Shown: positions 38,635 to 48,988 of the stretch, piece by piece
Numbering within the stretch: the stretch's first letter is position 1
How the letters are laid out: each line of letters opens with the position of its first letter
The notes under the pieces: generated by a model
The model's database searches: none
What the model was told of the DNA's origin: nothing
Seen by the model: the letters and a program-made list of their open reading frames with translations, nothing else
Program-made: the position numbers and the translations under genes
Source: an uncultured Mesorhizobium sp.
Lineage (GTDB): Bacteria > Pseudomonadota > Alphaproteobacteria > Rhizobiales > Rhizobiaceae
Reading direction: 5' to 3'
DNA: 64,000 nt
Assembly: GCA_964629765.1 (NCBI GenBank)
Contig: CAZVTK010000002.1
Coordinates: forward strand, 32,898-96,897

Positions 38635-40071
38635 TTGCCGACCGGGGAGCTCGACGCGCACATCATCGTCGTCGGCGGCGGGCTCGCCGGACTGACGAGC
38701 GCCGTCGCCGCGAGCGAGCGGGGCGCGCGCGTGATCGTCCTCGAACAGGGCGTGGGCGAGCGCTACCCGTGCAATTCCCGCTACGCGCTCGGCTGGCTGC
38801 ACCTCAACTATCACGATGTCGGCATGCAACCCGACGCGCTGGCCGAATCGCTGCTGCGCGGCGTGCCGGACGACCGCGACCGGGCCCTGATCGAAGTCAT
38901 CGCATACAATACGGGCAGGGCCGTCAGGTGGCTGAAGCGCGCAGGCGAGGCGCGTTTCATCCGCATCGGCCCGGCGCCCTACGAGAAGTGGGTCATGGCG
39001 CCGCCGCGGCCGCCGCGGCCCGGGCTGGTCTGGCCGGGAAGCGGGCCGGACAGGGTGCTGCGCCGTCTGGCGCGCCGCATGGCCGAGTTCGGGTCGCCCG
39101 TCCGCTCCGGGCACCGTGTCAGCGACATCCGCGCCGAGGGCGGCGGCTTCGTGGTGGAGGTCGAGCGCGAAGGCCGCGCGGAACGGCTGCGGGCGTCGGC
39201 GGTGGTGCTTGCGGACGGCGGCTTTCAGGCGGACAGGGCCGCGCTTGCCAGGCACGTCACCTCCACGCCGGAACGCGTGCTCCAACGCAATGCCGGCACG
39301 GGCGTCGGACTGTCGCTCGGGCTTGCCGCGTCGCTCGGCGCGGCGGTGTCCGAGCTCGGCAACTTCTATGGCCACCTGGTGTCGCGGGACGCGCTGGAGC
39401 GAGCCGACCTGTGGCCCTATCCGATGATCGACGGCCTCGCGAATGCCGGCATCGTCGTCGGTCCCGACGGCCGCCGCTTCGTCGATGAAGGGCAGACCGG
39501 CGTCTACATAGCCAACCGGATCGCCCGGCGGCCTGATCCTCTCGACGCCACGGTGGTGGTGGACGACGCGACCTGGCGCAGCGTGGGCCGCGCCCACAAG
39601 ATCCCGCCCAACCCGCTGCTGCGCACGCATGGCGGCACCATCCACACGGTGGGCTCGCTCGCCGAAGGCGCGAAGCTGGCGGGGATCGACGCGGATGCGC
39701 TTGCCGGGACCGTGGCGGCGTTCAACGGCGCGCTGGCGGCCGACGGGCTCGGCGCCCTCGACCCCGTGCGCAGCGTGAAGCGCGGCCCGCCGCGGGAGAT
39801 CGCCGCCGCGCCCTTCCATTTCATCCCCGTATGCGCCGGCGTCACCTATACGATGGGCGGCGTGCGGATCGACGGCAACGCCCGGGTCGTATCGGAGAGC
39901 GGAGCGCCGATCCCCGGCCTGTTCGCCGCGGGAGCGGCAGTCGGCGGGATCGAGGGCGGCGAGTGGAGCTTCTACATGGGGGGCCTGTGCCGCGCGCTCG
40001 TTCTGGGCCTGATCTCGGGCGAGAGCGCGGTGGCGGCGACCCACGGCGCCGCACTGGCCGTCGAGGCATAG
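38635..40071 (+). CDS. FAD_binding_2 flavoprotein (TcuA/fumarate reductase flavoprotein-like)
   Basis: GGGLAG, LADGGF, FYGH, GVTYTMGGVRID, GLFAAG..GG. TTG start with SD GGAGG. Confidence 0.87.
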   Translation: MPTGELDAHIIVVGGGLAGLTSAVAASERGARVIVLEQGVGERYPCNSRYALGWLHLNYHDVGMQPDALAESLLRGVPDDRDRALIEVIAYNTGRAVRWLKRAGEARFIRIGPAPYEKWVMAPPRPPRPGLVWPGSGPDRVLRRLARRMAEFGSPVRSGHRVSDIRAEGGGFVVEVEREGRAERLRASAVVLADGGFQADRAALARHVTSTPERVLQRNAGTGVGLSLGLAASLGAAVSELGNFYGHLVSRDALERADLWPYPMIDGLANAGIVVGPDGRRFVDEGQTGVYIANRIARRPDPLDATVVVDDATWRSVGRAHKIPPNPLLRTHGGTIHTVGSLAEGAKLAGIDADALAGTVAAFNGALAADGLGALDPVRSVKRGPPREIAAAPFHFIPVCAGVTYTMGGVRIDGNARVVSESGAPIPGLFAAGAAVGGIEGGEWSFYMGGLCRALVLGLISGESAVAATHGAALAVEA

Positions 40072-40131
40072 ATCGAGGGAACAACCGGGCGGCACGGGCG
40101 ACATCGCCGCGCAGCCGCATGTGAGGGAACC

Positions 40132-40377
40132 ATGGCGATCGACGACCACAATCCGGCCGGAGCATATCCGACCCTGATGTTCCTGCTGCGCTTCCGCGCC
40201 GCGGTTCTCCTCGTGGCGACGCTGCTTCCCGTAGCAGCCGGCGCGGCGCTCTACGCTTCCGGCGCGGGCGTCGGCTGGGCGCCGGGCGGGCTGCTGTGCG
40301 CCGCCCTCGTCCATCTCGTCGCGCGTGCCGGGCTCGAGGTCCTGGCGCTGATCACGGATCTGCTGATACCACGCTAG
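40132..40377 (+). CDS. Small hypothetical membrane protein (81 aa)
   Basis: Hydrophobic segments, SD GAGGGA, in-operon spacing. Confidence 0.65.
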   Translation: MAIDDHNPAGAYPTLMFLLRFRAAVLLVATLLPVAAGAALYASGAGVGWAPGGLLCAALVHLVARAGLEVLALITDLLIPR

Positions 40378-40392
40378 ACCGGTCGGCAGGGC

Positions 40393-41472
40393 ATGAAGCA
40401 GGTTGCGGCATCGGGCGCAGACGGTTCTCGCGGACGCGGCGGGCCGGCGGCCCTGACTTTTCCATTTCCCCAACCGCCCGGGCCGGGGGAGGTGCGCGAG
40501 GTTGCCAAGGGACTTCTGTGGGCGCGGATTCCGCTGCCGTTCCGCCTCGACCACGTCAACGTCTATCTCGTCGCCGACGACGGCGGCTGGACCATCGTCG
40601 ACACCGGCGTTTCCCACGATCTGGCGCGCGCCGCCTGGCTGGCGCTGCTGGAAGGCCCGCTGCGCGGCGAGCGCTTCACCAGGCTGATCGCCACGCATGC
40701 CCACCCCGACCACATCGGCCTTGCCGGATGGCTGTGCGAACGCCTGCGCGTGCCGCTGCTCGCAAGCCGGACCTGCTATCTCGACGCCACGCGCATGGCG
40801 CTGAACCCCGCGCTGTACGAGTCGCAGTCCCACCGCGACTTCTACAGGCGGCACGGGATGGGACCGGAAGGGGTGGCGCACGTCGCCCGGCGCGGCTACG
40901 CCTATGTGAAGCTGGTGACGCCGCTGCCGACCACCTACGACCGGCTGGCCGCGAGAGACGTGCTGACGATCGGCGATCGCCGTTTCGAGGTGCTTTCGGG
41001 CGACGGCCATGCCGCCGAGCAGATCATGCTCCATTCATCGACGGAGCGCATCCTGCTCGCCGCCGACCAGGTGCTGGCGCGGATCTCGCCCAATATCGGC
41101 GTCTGGGCCACCGAGCCCCAAGGCGATCCGCTCGGCCTCTATTTGCGCTCGCTCACCGCACTGGAACGCGACCTGCCGCCGGACACGCTCGTGCTCGCGG
41201 GGCACCAGCTCCCCTTCATCGGCCTGCACCGGCGATGCCGCGAGCTCGCCGACGCGCACGAAGCGCGCTGCCGCCTCATCGTGGAGAGCTGCCAGGGCGC
41301 GCCGCGAACGGTCGCCGAGCTGGTGCCGATCCTGTTCGGAGACGGCCTCGACATCCAGCAGCAGGGCTTTGCCTTCAGCGAGACGCTGGCTCACGCCAAC
41401 AGGCTGATCCGCCGCGGCGACGCGGCATGGCTGCCGCAGGACGGGCTGAGCCGGCTCGCCGCCAAGGCGTAG
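40393..41472 (+). CDS. MBL-fold metallo-hydrolase
   Basis: LDHVNVYL, VDTG, THAHPDHIG, GH, D.VL...SPN, LAGH. Confidence 0.9.
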   Translation: MKQVAASGADGSRGRGGPAALTFPFPQPPGPGEVREVAKGLLWARIPLPFRLDHVNVYLVADDGGWTIVDTGVSHDLARAAWLALLEGPLRGERFTRLIATHAHPDHIGLAGWLCERLRVPLLASRTCYLDATRMALNPALYESQSHRDFYRRHGMGPEGVAHVARRGYAYVKLVTPLPTTYDRLAARDVLTIGDRRFEVLSGDGHAAEQIMLHSSTERILLAADQVLARISPNIGVWATEPQGDPLGLYLRSLTALERDLPPDTLVLAGHQLPFIGLHRRCRELADAHEARCRLIVESCQGAPRTVAELVPILFGDGLDIQQQGFAFSETLAHANRLIRRGDAAWLPQDGLSRLAAKA

Positions 41473-41524
41473 GGACGGACGACGCAGGCTCTGTCGGGGC
41501 CAGCGCCGTCCGCCGGCGCATCGG

Positions 41525-42613
41525 TCAGCCCGCCGCGAACGCCTTGATCCAGGGCTCGAAGTCCTTGTCGTAGGAGTTCTCCCACCGATTGAAATCGACG
41601 TCGTAGACCTCGGCGATCGGCCGGAACCACGGCTCCCTGGTGAAGGACCGCTGGTCGGGAACGCCGTCTACCATCGTGGCCGAGCCGAGCGATTGCTGAA
41701 GCGCGGGCGCTGCTTCCTTGCTGGTCAGCCAGTTCAGGAACAGCCGCGCCGCGTTGCCGTGCGGCGCGTAGGCGGAAACCGCAAAGAACTGGTTCGGGTA
41801 GGACGGCGTCGGCCTAGGGTAGAGGAACCGGACCGGAGCGCCGGTTTCAAGCAGCGAGCTGGCGCGGCCATCCCAGCTCCAGAAGGTGAAATCGTGCTCG
41901 CCGGCCACCACGCGGTCGATCGGCACGAGCAGGTCGTTGTACACCGCCGGCTGCTGCGCGGCGACCTTCTGGAAGAAGTCCGGCGGGAACGCGCCGGAAC
42001 TGCTCATGAGCTGCACGCCGGCATAGATCGCCCCGCTCTTCTGTGTCGTGACGGCGAAACGGCCCTTGAAGCGCGGGTCGATGACATTCTGCCAGCCGGC
42101 CTCGAGCAGGCGCACCTCTTCCTCGCTCAGCCTCGCCTGATTGTAGATCAGGCACAGCGTCAGCCGGAACGGCGAGTAGGCGTGGCTGCCCAGCCGCGCG
42201 TCGGCCGGAAGCTGGTCGTAGGTGGGGATCCGCCACTCCGCCAGGTGCCCGTCGGCGATCAGCGACGTCACCATCGGCCTGTCCGAGATGTTGACGATGT
42301 CGGCGGCGTGCTGGCCGGCGGCGACCTCTTCCATGAACCGCTGGTACTGCTGCGGCCCGACGAAGCGCGCGATCTCGACGGAGATGCCGGGATAGGCGCG
42401 CTCGAAGTCGCGCGCGGCCGCCTGCGAGACGTCCAGCGCGTTCGTCGTGTACCAGAGGAACTTGCCTTCGGCGCGCGCGGCCTTTTCCAGCTCGGCCGCG
42501 TCCGGGGGACTGGCCGCCGACTGCGCGAGGGACGCGCCGGTCCCGCCGCCGAACAAAGCCAGTGCCGATGCCGTCTTCATGAAGGAGCGGCGATTGGTGA
42601 CGTATTTATCCAT
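41525..42613 (-). CDS. ABC transporter substrate-binding protein (FbpA/PotD-like), Tat signal
   Basis: NRRSFMK signal, AEGKFLWYT, DPRFKGR. Paralog of 48989..50068. Confidence 0.88.
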   Translation of the reverse strand: MDKYVTNRRSFMKTASALALFGGGTGASLAQSAASPPDAAELEKAARAEGKFLWYTTNALDVSQAAARDFERAYPGISVEIARFVGPQQYQRFMEEVAAGQHAADIVNISDRPMVTSLIADGHLAEWRIPTYDQLPADARLGSHAYSPFRLTLCLIYNQARLSEEEVRLLEAGWQNVIDPRFKGRFAVTTQKSGAIYAGVQLMSSSGAFPPDFFQKVAAQQPAVYNDLLVPIDRVVAGEHDFTFWSWDGRASSLLETGAPVRFLYPRPTPSYPNQFFAVSAYAPHGNAARLFLNWLTSKEAAPALQQSLGSATMVDGVPDQRSFTREPWFRPIAEVYDVDFNRWENSYDKDFEPWIKAFAAG

Positions 42614-42689
42614 GTCTTCCTCCCAGATAGCGGCCGCGGATTTTTCCGGGGCCCGGCCGGCGGCCCCGCAGCACTGTCGCGACCGGTCG

Positions 42690-44366
42690 CTACAGATATT
42701 CGCTCAGGAACGACGCCATGACCGAAGCATTGATCTTGCAGTCGATCAGGATCTGCGCACCCGCCGGGTTGCCGAGCACCGGGGCGAGGGCGTGCAGGTC
42801 GGCTATCGTGCGCACGGTGGCGACGTGGAAGCCGAACGCCTCGGCGACGCTCGCGAAGTCCACGTCGGGGAACAGCGCCTTGGCCACCGGCAGGTTGCGC
42901 GCCTTGAGCAGGTGGAGCTCCGCGCCATAGGCGCAGTCGTTCATCACCACGATCGTCAGGGGGATGTTCTCGCGCGCGGCCGTCTCCAGCTCCCCGAGGG
43001 TCATGAGGAAGGAGCCGTCGCCGAGGAACAGGGCCGTCGGCCGTTGCGGGCGCGCCAGCGCGTGGCCGAGCGCCACGCCGAAGCCCATCCCGATCGAGGC
43101 GAAGTCGCTGGTGATCTTGAAGGCGTCGGGACCGGGAACGTCGACATAGGCCAGCGCGGCGAAGAAGTTGCCCGTGTCGGTGACGACGTTGCGGTCCTGC
43201 GGGAAGATGCGGTCGAACTCCACTGCCAGGCTTCGCGGGTCGAGCGTGCGCTCCGTGTTGGCCGGAACGAATTCGGTCGATCTGTCGAAGGTGGCCAGCA
43301 ACTGCCGGTTCCCGTCGCTCCTGAACGGTTTCTCGTCGTCGCCGCGTGCCGGCAGCAGCTCGACCAGCCGGTCGCTCACCGTCACGGCGTCACCGGCGAT
43401 CGCGACGTCGGCCGAGGACCAGCGATTGACGTGGGTCCTGTCGATGTCGACATGGATGATCGGGGCGCCGGCGGGCAGCGCCGCGCCGAAGCTCATCGTG
43501 AACCTGTTCATGCTGGCGCCGAAGATCACCACGCAGTCCGCCTGATCGATGAGCCGCCGGCCCGCGGCGTGGGAGAACGATCCGACGATGCCGGCATCGA
43601 ACGGGTTGCCGCGAAAGAAGCCCCGCGCCCGCAGCGTGGTGGCGACCACGGCGCCGACATGTTCGGCGAGCCGGTCGAGCGACGCGCGCGCGCCGGCGCG
43701 ATGGGCGCCGAGGCCGGCCAGGATCAGCGGCCTGCGGCTGCGCGCCAGCAGCGAGGCCGCCGTCTCGAGAGCGGCCGGGCGCGGCTGCGCGCGAGGTGGC
43801 TGCGCCTGGGCGCGCGGCCGCTGTTCGATGGGCAGCGCACCCTGCTGCTGGACATCCACGGGGAGCAGCAGCGCAGCGGCATGACCGCGCTCGGCATGGG
43901 CGAGCGCGTCCAGCAGCGTGCCCACCGCCGTCTCGGCGCTGGCCGCCGTGAACGGCCGCAGCCCCGCGCCCGCGAGCACGGCCGTCGCGTCGAACGCCTT
44001 GTTGTCGGGACCGAGCCCCCTGTTGAGGATGCCGGCCGGCGGCGCCTCGCCGTAGATGACCAGCACCTTCGAGCCCGTGCGGCTGGCATAGGCGGCGCCA
44101 TGAAGCGCATTCGCCGCCGCCGGACCGCGTCCCACGATGGCGATCGCCACCTTTCCCGAAGCCGACGCATAGCCTTCGGCCATGGCGATGGCGGTGCTCT
44201 CATGCCGGGCCGCGCAGAAGCGAACGCCGATCGCGTCCAGCGTCGCGACCAGCGCGGCCGTGTCGTCGCTCATCAGCCCGAAGACGACGTCGATGCCCTC
44301 GCGCCTGATCTGCTCGGCGAGGAGCTGGTAGACCGGGACCGTCGCGCTCCCCAAACCATCCGCCAC
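42690..44366 (-). CDS. Thiamine pyrophosphate-binding protein (acetolactate synthase/decarboxylase-like)
   Basis: RHE catalytic Glu and GDGSF..VMND TPP motif. GTG start after SD GGGAGG. Confidence 0.9.
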   Translation of the reverse strand: MADGLGSATVPVYQLLAEQIRREGIDVVFGLMSDDTAALVATLDAIGVRFCAARHESTAIAMAEGYASASGKVAIAIVGRGPAAANALHGAAYASRTGSKVLVIYGEAPPAGILNRGLGPDNKAFDATAVLAGAGLRPFTAASAETAVGTLLDALAHAERGHAAALLLPVDVQQQGALPIEQRPRAQAQPPRAQPRPAALETAASLLARSRRPLILAGLGAHRAGARASLDRLAEHVGAVVATTLRARGFFRGNPFDAGIVGSFSHAAGRRLIDQADCVVIFGASMNRFTMSFGAALPAGAPIIHVDIDRTHVNRWSSADVAIAGDAVTVSDRLVELLPARGDDEKPFRSDGNRQLLATFDRSTEFVPANTERTLDPRSLAVEFDRIFPQDRNVVTDTGNFFAALAYVDVPGPDAFKITSDFASIGMGFGVALGHALARPQRPTALFLGDGSFLMTLGELETAARENIPLTIVVMNDCAYGAELHLLKARNLPVAKALFPDVDFASVAEAFGFHVATVRTIADLHALAPVLGNPAGAQILIDCKINASVMASFLSEYL

Positions 44367-44399
44367 GGCAATCCCTCCCATCAAGACAGAATGCATATA

Positions 44400-44413
44400 T
44401 TCCGTATACGTTA
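44400..44413. promoter_or_regulatory. Putative MarR operator variant TTCCGTATACGTTA
   Basis: Shares TGCATAT..TTCCGTATAC with the 22.6-kb site; upstream of the TPP gene. Confidence 0.5.
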
Positions 44414-44500
44414 TTTCGTCGCGACACGAACCCTTCGTGGGGACGCATCGTCAGGAATTGCGAGCGCCGGCGCGGGGTGTTCCTCGGCGCCACCGACGAT

Positions 44501-44515
44501 AATGGATGAACCATT
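44501..44515. promoter_or_regulatory. Putative FadR/GntR-type operator AATGGATGAACCATT
   Basis: Recurring palindrome; a minus-strand TTGAC lies about 12 bp away. Confidence 0.65.
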
Positions 44516-44619
44516 TATATTGCGAAGTCAACGTTGCGGCCGCCCGGCATGCACCCGCACCGCCGCCTCGGGCCGGGCGGGCAAGCGGCCGCCGGGGACG
44601 CGGGCGGACCGCGGCTCGC

Positions 44620-45798
44620 TCACCGCGCGGCCGTCCCGGCGGGCTCGCGGTCGAGCGCGATGCCGAATTCGGCCAACACCTCGCCGGTGTGCTCGCCCAG
44701 CACGGGCGGCCGCCCGATCTTGCGCAGCGGGGTCTCCGACAGGCGCAGCGGGTTGGCCACCAGCTTGAACTTGCCGGCGCGCGGGTGGTCGAGCTCGACC
44801 ACGAGGTCGCGCTGGATACGCGGGTCGCTGAACACCTCGTCGAAGGTGCAGACGGGCGCGAACATGGCCCCGGCGTCGAGCAGCGCCTTGTTCCAGTAGG
44901 CGAGGTCCTTCCGGGCGAACGCCTTCGCCAGGCCCTCGTCGACGATGGCGCGATGGGCAAGGCGCCCCTCCTTCGTCGCCAGCCTCTCGTCGGCCAGAAG
45001 CTCGTCGGCGCCCAGCGTCCCGGCGAGTACGCGCCAGAACTTGTCCGTGTGCGCGATCACCATGATGTGCCGCGCGTCGGCGGTCTCGTAGGTGTTGTAG
45101 GGCACGATCTGCCAGTGGGCGTTGCCCAGCCGGCCGGGCGTCTCGCCGGTGGTGAAATAGTAGGAATCGCGCGGGATCATGCTGTAGATCGTGGCGTCGA
45201 TCATCGACAGGTCGACGCGCTGCCCCTTGCCCGTCTTGTCGCGCGCCCGCAACGCCGCCATCACGCCCAGCGTGGACAGGAGCGGCGTGATGAGGTCCGC
45301 ATAGGGCATGCCGGTCTTCAGCGGGCCCGTCTTGTCGTCGCCGGTGAGCTGCATCAGGCCGGAGAGCGCCTGGATCACCGGGTCCATGCCCGGCCGGCTG
45401 GCGTTCTCACCCTCCTGGCCGAAGGCGGTGGTCTGGCAATAGATCAGGCCCGGATTCTCGGCGCTCAGGATCTCGTAGGTGATGCCCAGCTTCTCGGCGA
45501 TGCCGGGGCGGAAATTGACCGCCACGATGTCGACGTGCCGGGCGAGCTCGCGCGCCACGCGCTGGCCGTCGGCCGTCGTCAGGTCGAGCACGATGGAGCG
45601 CTTGTTGCGGTTCATCGTCAGGAAGTAGGCGGCGTCGTCGCCGATGAAGGTCTCGCCGGTCTTGCGGAAGGTGTCGCCCTGCGGCGGCTCGACCTTGATC
45701 ACGTCGGCGCCGAAATCCGCCAACAGCATCGTGCCCATCGGGCCGTTCATCATCTGGGTGAAGTCGAGCACCCGAATACCGTCCAGCGCACCGGCCAT
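44620..45798 (-). CDS. Class III CoA transferase (CaiB/BaiF)
   Basis: LDGIRVLDF, GP..MLLADFGADVIKVEPP.GD, NRNKRS and catalytic Asp in YADLITP. Confidence 0.93.
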   Translation of the reverse strand: MAGALDGIRVLDFTQMMNGPMGTMLLADFGADVIKVEPPQGDTFRKTGETFIGDDAAYFLTMNRNKRSIVLDLTTADGQRVARELARHVDIVAVNFRPGIAEKLGITYEILSAENPGLIYCQTTAFGQEGENASRPGMDPVIQALSGLMQLTGDDKTGPLKTGMPYADLITPLLSTLGVMAALRARDKTGKGQRVDLSMIDATIYSMIPRDSYYFTTGETPGRLGNAHWQIVPYNTYETADARHIMVIAHTDKFWRVLAGTLGADELLADERLATKEGRLAHRAIVDEGLAKAFARKDLAYWNKALLDAGAMFAPVCTFDEVFSDPRIQRDLVVELDHPRAGKFKLVANPLRLSETPLRKIGRPPVLGEHTGEVLAEFGIALDREPAGTAAR

Positions 45799-45840
45799 GG
45801 CCGTCTCCATATTCTAGCGGGCCCAACGATCGATTGGATC

Positions 45841-45855
45841 ATTGGATCAACCTTT
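45841..45855. promoter_or_regulatory. Putative FadR/GntR-type operator ATTGGATCAACCTTT
   Basis: Variant of the motif upstream of the CoA transferase; minus-strand TTGACA at 45883-45888. Confidence 0.6.
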
Positions 45856-45923
45856 GATTCTTATTCAGAAGGCCGGGATTCCTGTCAAGCGGCAAGACCC
45901 CGCCGTCCCCTCATGCCGTCCCC

Positions 45924-47570
<1,647 letters not shown>

Positions 47571-47588
47571 TCCCTCAAGTCTCTCGAT

Positions 47589-47662
47589 GCGGTTGCTCGC
47601 AAATGCCGGGCCTGCGGCCCGGCGGGCGGTTGTTCGCGAATGCCGGGCCTGCGGCCCGGCGG
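47589..47662. repeat. Two tandem 37-bp REP-like units, each containing the hairpin GCCGGGCC-TGC-GGCCCGGC
   Basis: Units 47589-47625 and 47626-47662 differ at 2 positions; intergenic. Confidence 0.85.
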
Positions 47663-47672
47663 AAAGTGCCGC

Positions 47673-48716
47673 TCAGGCGTCCTGCTCGCGGTAGAAGCCG
47701 AGCTTTTCCAGGGCCGGGATGTCGTTGACCTGGAAGAGGATCGCCTCCTTGCCGGTATCGTTCAGGTGTTCGTGCGCGGCCCAGGGCGGCAGCGCGAGGA
47801 AGTCGCCCTTGGCCCAGTCGAAGCGCTGCCCGTCGATGATCGTCGCGCCGCTGCCGTCGACCACGTAGTAGACGGCGCTGCCGGTGTGGCGGTGCGCCTT
47901 GGTGTGCACGCCGGGGCGCAGCATCTGCAACCGCGTGCCGATGGTCGGCAGCGCGGGCTCGCCGGTGAGCGGATTCTGGTATTCGAGGATGACGTCGTCA
48001 TAGGGGTCGGGCGCGAGGCCGGCGGCGAGCCGCAGCGCCTGCTCCGCGCGCGCCCATGTGTAGGCCAGCAGCGGGCTGGACTTCTTCGGCGCCGGTTTCT
48101 TCAGCGGCCGCATGATGCCGCTGCCGAACTCGCGGTACGAGCGGTCGGGGATGGGGTCCACCGTCTGACGGGCCTGGTCGAAATCCTCGAAGAAGGTGGC
48201 GTGCATGGAGCGCACCAGCGAGATGTCGAGCACGTCGATCCAGATCATCGGGCCCGTGCCCCGGTGCTCGTGGTCGTGCCAGGCGCCGCTCGGCGTCAGC
48301 ACGAGGTCGCCCTTGTTGACGAGGTACTGCTCGCCGTCGACGATCGTGTCGGCACCCTCGCCTTCCATGATGAAGCGCAGCGCGGAGGCCATGTGCCTGT
48401 GCGCCGTGGCGATCTCGCCGGGCAGGATGTACTGGATCGAGAGCCAGAAGGTCGGCGTCGTGCCGTAGGGCAGGCCGGGATTGGTGAGCCGCAGGGTCCG
48501 GCGCTGGCCGCCGGCCTCCAGCTTCAGCTTGGCGCCGATCTTGTCGAGCAGCATGGAAATGTCGGCCGCTTTCCACAGCACCGGCTTCATCGGCGAGGAG
48601 GGCGTCCTGGAAAAAAGCGGGCCGTCGGTCGGCTGCGCCACCCTGGTGTTGTAGCGCTCCAGCGTGTCAATCAATGCGGCGCGCTCGCTGGCGTCGCTCA
48701 TCTCAACCTTGGCCAT
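47673..48716 (-). CDS. Second gentisate 1,2-dioxygenase-family bicupin (substrate unknown)
   Basis: RRTLRLTNPG, AHRH.ASALRF, TPSGAWHDH, HRHTGSAVY. SD GAGGAGG. Confidence 0.88.
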   Translation of the reverse strand: MAKVEMSDASERAALIDTLERYNTRVAQPTDGPLFSRTPSSPMKPVLWKAADISMLLDKIGAKLKLEAGGQRRTLRLTNPGLPYGTTPTFWLSIQYILPGEIATAHRHMASALRFIMEGEGADTIVDGEQYLVNKGDLVLTPSGAWHDHEHRGTGPMIWIDVLDISLVRSMHATFFEDFDQARQTVDPIPDRSYREFGSGIMRPLKKPAPKKSSPLLAYTWARAEQALRLAAGLAPDPYDDVILEYQNPLTGEPALPTIGTRLQMLRPGVHTKAHRHTGSAVYYVVDGSGATIIDGQRFDWAKGDFLALPPWAAHEHLNDTGKEAILFQVNDIPALEKLGFYREQDA

Positions 48717-48815
48717 CCGTGCCTCCTCGCAACCTCTCCGCCTCGAAACGCGACGCATCCGGCAAGGCATGCGCGATCGAGGCCGGGCGACCATGCGCCC
48801 GTCCAATCTTTGTGT

Positions 48816-48960
48816 CAATGGATGAACCATTGTATTTGGCGCGATGTCTGAAATGCCGCATGCCGGATCGAATCGCTGCGGGGGAACCCGGTCGCTCAAG
48901 CTGCGCAGATGGTGGTCATCTTGACCACCACCTCCAATTTTCATATGGTTCAACCATTGA
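48816..48960. promoter_or_regulatory. Divergent promoter with FadR-type sites CAATGGATGAACCATTG (48816-48832) and ATGGTTCAACCATTGA (48945-48960), plus inverted repeat GGTGGTCA-tct-TGACCACC (48911-48929)
   Basis: Read directly; each site overlaps a TTGACA hexamer. Confidence 0.7.
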
Positions 48961-48988
48961 CACTCATGGAAATGGCTGGGAGGAAAAC

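Noticed and set aside
38575-41034. 819-aa minus-strand ORF (likewise 426..2300, 2188..4182, 13288..15438, 28642..30738, 34709..37012, 42447..44768)
   Set aside because: Each overlaps a motif-supported gene on the opposite strand or in another frame; shadow ORFs.
47589-47662. CRISPR array candidate (37-bp repeats)
   Set aside because: Only two abutting units, no spacer and no cas genes.
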